A stretch of 26,160 nucleotides of DNA, taken from contig JAQGDQ010001770.1 in NCBI GenBank assembly GCA_030141605.1, positions 1 through 26,160 on the forward strand, read 5' to 3'. A program made the translations under genes and the position numbers. Shown piece after piece: positions 21,453-26,160 of this stretch. Source of the stretch: Tubiluchus corallicola. Lineage: Eukaryota; Animalia; Priapulida. The notes beneath the pieces were generated by a model. It was given only the letters and a program-made list of their open reading frames with translations. It was not told the origin of the DNA and did no database searches. Every line of letters begins with the position of its first letter. Position 1 is the first letter of the stretch.

Positions 21453-21559
21453 AAGCCTACAGTACCTGGTATTCCTAGCCGGTCACCTATCCAAGTACTA
21501 ACCAGGCCCTACGTTGCTTAATTTCGGTGATCAGACGAGAACCGTGATTTGGCTTCGTA
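21453..21559 (-). pseudogene. 5S rRNA pseudogene or SINE3 head
   Basis: Minus strand reads CGGTTCTCGTCTGATCACCGAAATTAAGCAACGTAGGGCCTGGTTAGTACTTGGATAGGTGACCGGCTAGGAATACCAGGTACTGTAGGCTT, i.e. 5S rRNA through its mature 3' end. The 5' part is decayed with a deletion, and no T4+ Pol III terminator follows. Confidence 0.85.
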
Positions 21560-21699
21560 TGTAGGGAAGGGCTTAGCGACTTAGTGAAGTTCACGAAAAG
21601 TGATTGGTTTCGTACAAATTATTCTAACCAATCACTAAACAGCCACCTCGTTTTTAAGCCAAAATGTCAGCAGTTAAGGTCAAAATATCAAAAGTTTAA

Positions 21700-22157
21700 C
21701 CCTTATAGGGTCACCGGGGGGTAAAAAACTACCCCCAGACCAGTTTTTTGCATCTTACCCTTTTACCATACGGAAAATCGGCGTGGTTGTTTTGTGGCCA
21801 TGTCAGTTACTCAAATTACTCCACCTAAAAGAAGAAAGTAGTAGACAAATTCAAAATAACAATGATTTTTGCACACGCGCTAGCAATGTCGGTTGTCTAC
21901 AGTTATTCCAGCATAGATAAGGGAACGTAACTAAGTGAATTTAAATTTCGTATTACTAGTAAGTCACGTGTCTTTAAGCAGAGATATAATGTATCCTATG
22001 GTGGTCAGCATAACCAAAAATTCTGCTGTTGCTGTTTACTAATGAAACACGGCGGTTTATCAAAAGTAATTTACGAATTATGGTGGGGGTAATTTTTACC
22101 AACCCCCCCCCGCCCCGGTTACCAAAATCGGTTGCAAAAATCGTGACCATGGAAGGG
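21700..22157. mobile_element. piggyBac-like MITE with TTAA TSD
   Basis: TTAA|CCCTTATAGGGTCAC ... GTGACCATGGAAGGG|TTAA, with subterminal GGGGGTAA...TACCCCC palindromic motifs near both ends. Confidence 0.8.
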
Positions 22158-23262
22158 TTAAACTAACAAGACTGTGACATTATCTTATCTATTTCTTACA
22201 TTAAACTGAACCTATATAATCCTAAGACCAGCAACTGTTGTAATTATGCAACATTTTAGAAAATCTTATCATTTTACTCCCCATTAGAAACTAAAAATCT
22301 CCTGATTTGCAACCGTCTGTTTACAAGGAAAACAGGAAAACTTATTAACCCAGTTAACCTCGGCGAACAGCGCGGACAAATATTAATTTTACACTGCAGG
22401 TAATTGTCTCCAGATGGCGCGCGTGTTTCCAGGCAAAACAAGAGGCTAGCGTTATGTAAGCAAAACGCTCCAATTCAATCAATTTCCGCGTACTGTTGAA
22501 ATAACAGAAACAAGTTATTTCTTGATTTAGTCTAACTTGGGCCGAGTTAAAATTTAATTGTTCTCCATCTGTTTTAAAAGCCACACTATTGCAAAATCCA
22601 GCTTTTTCAAACTTCCAGGAATTTAGCTAGTTAGCTATCCCATTCAGTATCCACACCTGTAGATTCATAACATCACCACCAAAGGAGAAATACTCTTAAT
22701 TATTATTAAATTTTGATAATAGACATACAATCAATAATTACTTCAAACGACAAACGAGGATAAATAATCTGCTTGTTTTATTACCTGTTTTCACTCAGTA
22801 TTATCGATAATATTCAATACAATAAGTCTTTTTTCTTTAATTCTCTTTATGGTTGTATGGTCCAGAGCATGTGAGGGTAGTACTGTTCGATTTCACAGCC
22901 CAGCAACGCGGCGTTTCGGTATTGTGCGCATGCGGCCATGCGCACATGTCTGAGATAGGACGCTGCAGTTTAGGTAGAAAGAGTACTGTCGCTCAAACTG
23001 TTTGTTGGCAGTTGTCACGTGCTTATTCTTGTATACCGACATATTCTTGAACTGCGACATTTAACCTATTCGTAACCAAACAAAATTTTTGTTTAGGATT
23101 TCATCTAGTTTATATATAAATTTTTGTACGCTTGATTGTTTAAAATTACAATTACACCTTCAAAATTGCATATTTTAGACAATATTAAAACAATGCCTAA
23201 AATGTTTTGAAGCTGCACGCCAACAATTTTAGCTACGAGCCGCCAATGGTCTGCTGGCAGGA

Positions 23263-23540
23263 CTTTAAATCTTTGTAAGGCCTGGGTCTGTCTTATTTGG
23301 CTCATCAAGTGAATCTTTTTACTCCTGGGTTTTCTTTGAGGTCTCAGGACAGCTTTACAGTAGCTGTCACCAATCGTAGAATCAGTTTTCGGTATTGTGA
23401 GCGTGCTTTTGCCAGTGCAGCTCCACGTGAATGGAATAAACTTCCGTTTAGCTTGCAATCAATCATTTATTTTAACTGTTTCAAAATGAGTTTTGAAACC
23501 AATATTTTTACTGAAACGATTAATTTTAGTGAATTTTAAA
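23263..23540 (+). mobile_element. L2-type LINE ORF2 3' remnant
   Basis: Reads FKSL.GLG.SYLAHQVNLFTPGFSLRS...YCERAFASAAPREWNKLPFSLQS..FNCFKMSFETNIF, matching L2 Y.P.R.LRS..G.RAFS.AAP.LWN.LP..FK..LKT.LF. Confidence 0.8.
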
Positions 23541-23769
23541 ATGTGTACTTATATATAATTACACATTAAAAATTCACTAAAATTAAAGGAAAACCGGACG
23601 ATTGCGCAAACATAAGTTCAGAATAAAGAATGCTCTAAAATATTGAAAACTACAATAGCTTATTTTAAATCAAAGCCTATATTAAATGATAATTATCTCG
23701 GATACTCAACTAACTTTCAAAGCTGCGCACGGCTCAGTGAATCTACTAAGACTGCTTGGTAGCGGTACC

Positions 23770-23943
<174 letters not shown>

Positions 23944-23989
23944 CAAGTTGCCACTGTTGTCAAAATTAAGCCCGACATTGCTATTATTG

Positions 23990-24125
23990 GCAATTGGTAC
24001 AATATCACTGACTTACCGCCTCCCCCCCCCCCCCCCAGGTGCGCCGCTCGCTAGCCAAAAACGTATTTTAATCTTAATGACAAGAATTTGAATACAGTAA
24101 TTTGAAATTTTACTTAATTAGTGAC
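23990..24125 (-). mobile_element. Internal fragment of the 13512-14598 MITE family
   Basis: caattggtacaatatcactgactta...ccaggtgcgccgctc...ccaaaaacgtattttaatcttaatgacaag...taattagtgac aligns with 14272-14346 and with the reverse complement of ~13752-13868; poly-C expansion inside. Confidence 0.7.
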
Positions 24126-24249
24126 CAAGTACTATTGCACTGCAGTAGTAATCCCACTGCAGTGCAACTATTCTTTTATGATAACGATCATGTATGAAAC
24201 ATAATAATTTATTGCAGTATGGCGTAACAATTTTTTGATGTCACCGTGT

Positions 24250-25500
24250 ATTACATATCATTATATTGTACTGAATGTGATAATAATAAAAACTTCAAAA
24301 CTTCATTCGAAGTCGCTCCATAATTTTACATTCACAAAGAACAAATTGCTCAGTTTCTACACTTTCCCCACATTGGGCCACACCTATCTTGTTGACTTAC
24401 ACAGTCCCACAAACAGGTCTCCACACGAAGATTGTGGGCTGATAAACGCATCCTTGTCCAAAAAATTCCATGCTTTTCAACTACATAGACGCTCCTTGGG
24501 TAAATTTCATATCATTCCAAAGCTGGATTTATTTATCTCTACCTTTGGACGATCTGATGCCATCTGTCTTTCTAAGCGCAGCTCTTTGTATATAACCAAA
24601 GATGGGCTATTCAAGTTGATATCTTATTATGTGTTTACAAGTAAAAATATGCAAAATGTTATCACCGGTCTCCCCTAACAACAGGTACTATACAGTACTG
24701 TATAATATACTACAACACAATACAATGTAATATACAATAGAATACAAGAAACAGAATACAATAACACAATTACTATTTACATAAACTTTGCAAATAATAG
24801 GTTTAACCATTAGCTATATATTATGAATAAAGCAAACAGTCACTATTTACAATACCAATCACTAGAGCAACGCTGGAAATTAAAACTCTACTTCTAAGAG
24901 AAAAAACAGCCTTCGTAATATACGTCAAAATATGGTATGTTAAGACTCACATTCTTATTTCTAGCTTCATACATAGTTGTTTAAATAACATAAGTATACC
25001 CTTATTATATGAGACGTTCAAATTTTAGGACTACACGTGTAATATCATGCCGAATTTCTAAGCGCAGCTCTTTGTTTATAACCAAAGGTAGGCGATTCGA
25101 GTTGATGTCTTTCTGTTTCTCTAAACGATTGAGTATTATATGGGCGTGGAATATAGAGTACAAAAAGCAGTGAACTGTAAAAATTCGTTGACTTGTAATA
25201 CGTTGTGTTTAATAACCACTTGTAGCGTTTTCTTGCGTGTGAATAGAGATCTCGGTGCCTTTCCTCCACCGCCAACCACAGATCCCAACACCCTCTTGTT
25301 TATTTTGACTCTCCTACAAGATTCTGCATTGAAACACAGCGGTTTCTCCTTCATCTGGGGCGGCTCCATTACCAAACGTGGCACCCCTTGGAATTTGCCA
25401 ACTTCTTTAGAAACATTTCCTGTTACAATCTTCTTCACTGTAGCAAATCTGCGTCAAAATTGTATAAAATTTGAAACAGTAGCTTTGATTATAGCAACTC
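24250..25500 (-). mobile_element. Old, interrupted RTE-X-type LINE ORF2 remnant
   Basis: Minus strand of ~24300-24470 reads FWTRMRLSAHNLRVETCLW..QQDRC, frameshift, CGESVETEQFVLCECKIMERLR (R.RLS.H.L.IETGRW..R.C.CG..E..V...C signature). Extension to 25500 rests only on a shared duplicated segment and weak similarity. Confidence 0.6.
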
Positions 25501-25936
25501 ACTAAACATTTCTGCATTTCCTAGAAGACATTAAAGCACAAGTATGTTGATATTAGTCACTCGATACTAGTTGTCTACACAGCGCCTAGTCATCTCTCTT
25601 ACAAGGTAATTTATTTTATTACCAGCTAAAATAAATAAAAATAGGATAGCACCGTTACCGAGTTTTGGAACACAAGCTCTCAACAGCTTGTGTAACCCTT
25701 TGCTCTCTCAGCAGTTATCCTACAAGCCTCTCAGCCACGCGAAATAACATGCAGACTCGCCAACTGTTTTCGAAAAGCATAAATCACTCCAGCATAGAAT
25801 TTTTCTATACTGCCATCTAATTGATTAGAAACGCTTATTGAAGCCTGACCGATTGTGATTAGAATTTAATATGTCATATTTGTTTAAAGGTCGAAAAAGG
25901 AATTTTAAAAAATACCAAAGAAATTCCCATACGAAG

Positions 25937-26067
<131 letters not shown>

Positions 26068-26160
26068 GAGTTTATTTCGTATAAAAATATACAGTCTACA
26101 AAGATAAATATGTTACTAAAACAGGTAATGCGATGTTAGTAAAGTAACATATCTACAGAC

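Noticed and set aside
21453-21559. Functional 5S rRNA gene
   Set aside because: The 5' region is deleted or decayed, there are substitutions in conserved positions, no Pol III terminator, and no tandem array.
22923-22946. GTGCGCATG..CATGCGCAC palindrome (NRF1-like sites; similar at ~15815)
   Set aside because: Such motifs are common inside decayed DNA transposons, and there is no promoter context.

Overview
AT-rich animal genomic DNA, probably an invertebrate; the protein resembles echinoderm Alx1, but the taxon is an inference. The only host gene is the 3' half of an aristaless-like (Alx) paired-class homeobox gene on the + strand. It has a phase-0 exon with homeodomain helix 3 plus a 43-aa extension (8541-8711) and a terminal exon with poly-Q and an OAR motif (11302-11652). 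No upstream exon was recognised in 1-8540. The rest is repeat-rich intron and 3' flank: three minisatellites (58, 86 and 32 bp units), (TAT)n/(CAT)n microsatellites, LINE remnants (CR1, L2, RTE-X), and DNA-transposon MITEs (Kolobok-like, piggyBac-like, Tc1/mariner, hAT, Harbinger-like). It also holds three different 5S rRNA-derived elements and two decayed Penelope-type hammerhead motifs. The most notable items are a complete TSD-flanked 5S-headed SINE with an RTE-type body and tail, an inverted MITE dimer sharing one TTAA that forms a ~1.1-kb foldback, and a 32-bp minisatellite whose last unit runs into the homeobox exon's splice acceptor. All family assignments come from motif recognition by eye; no database search was run.
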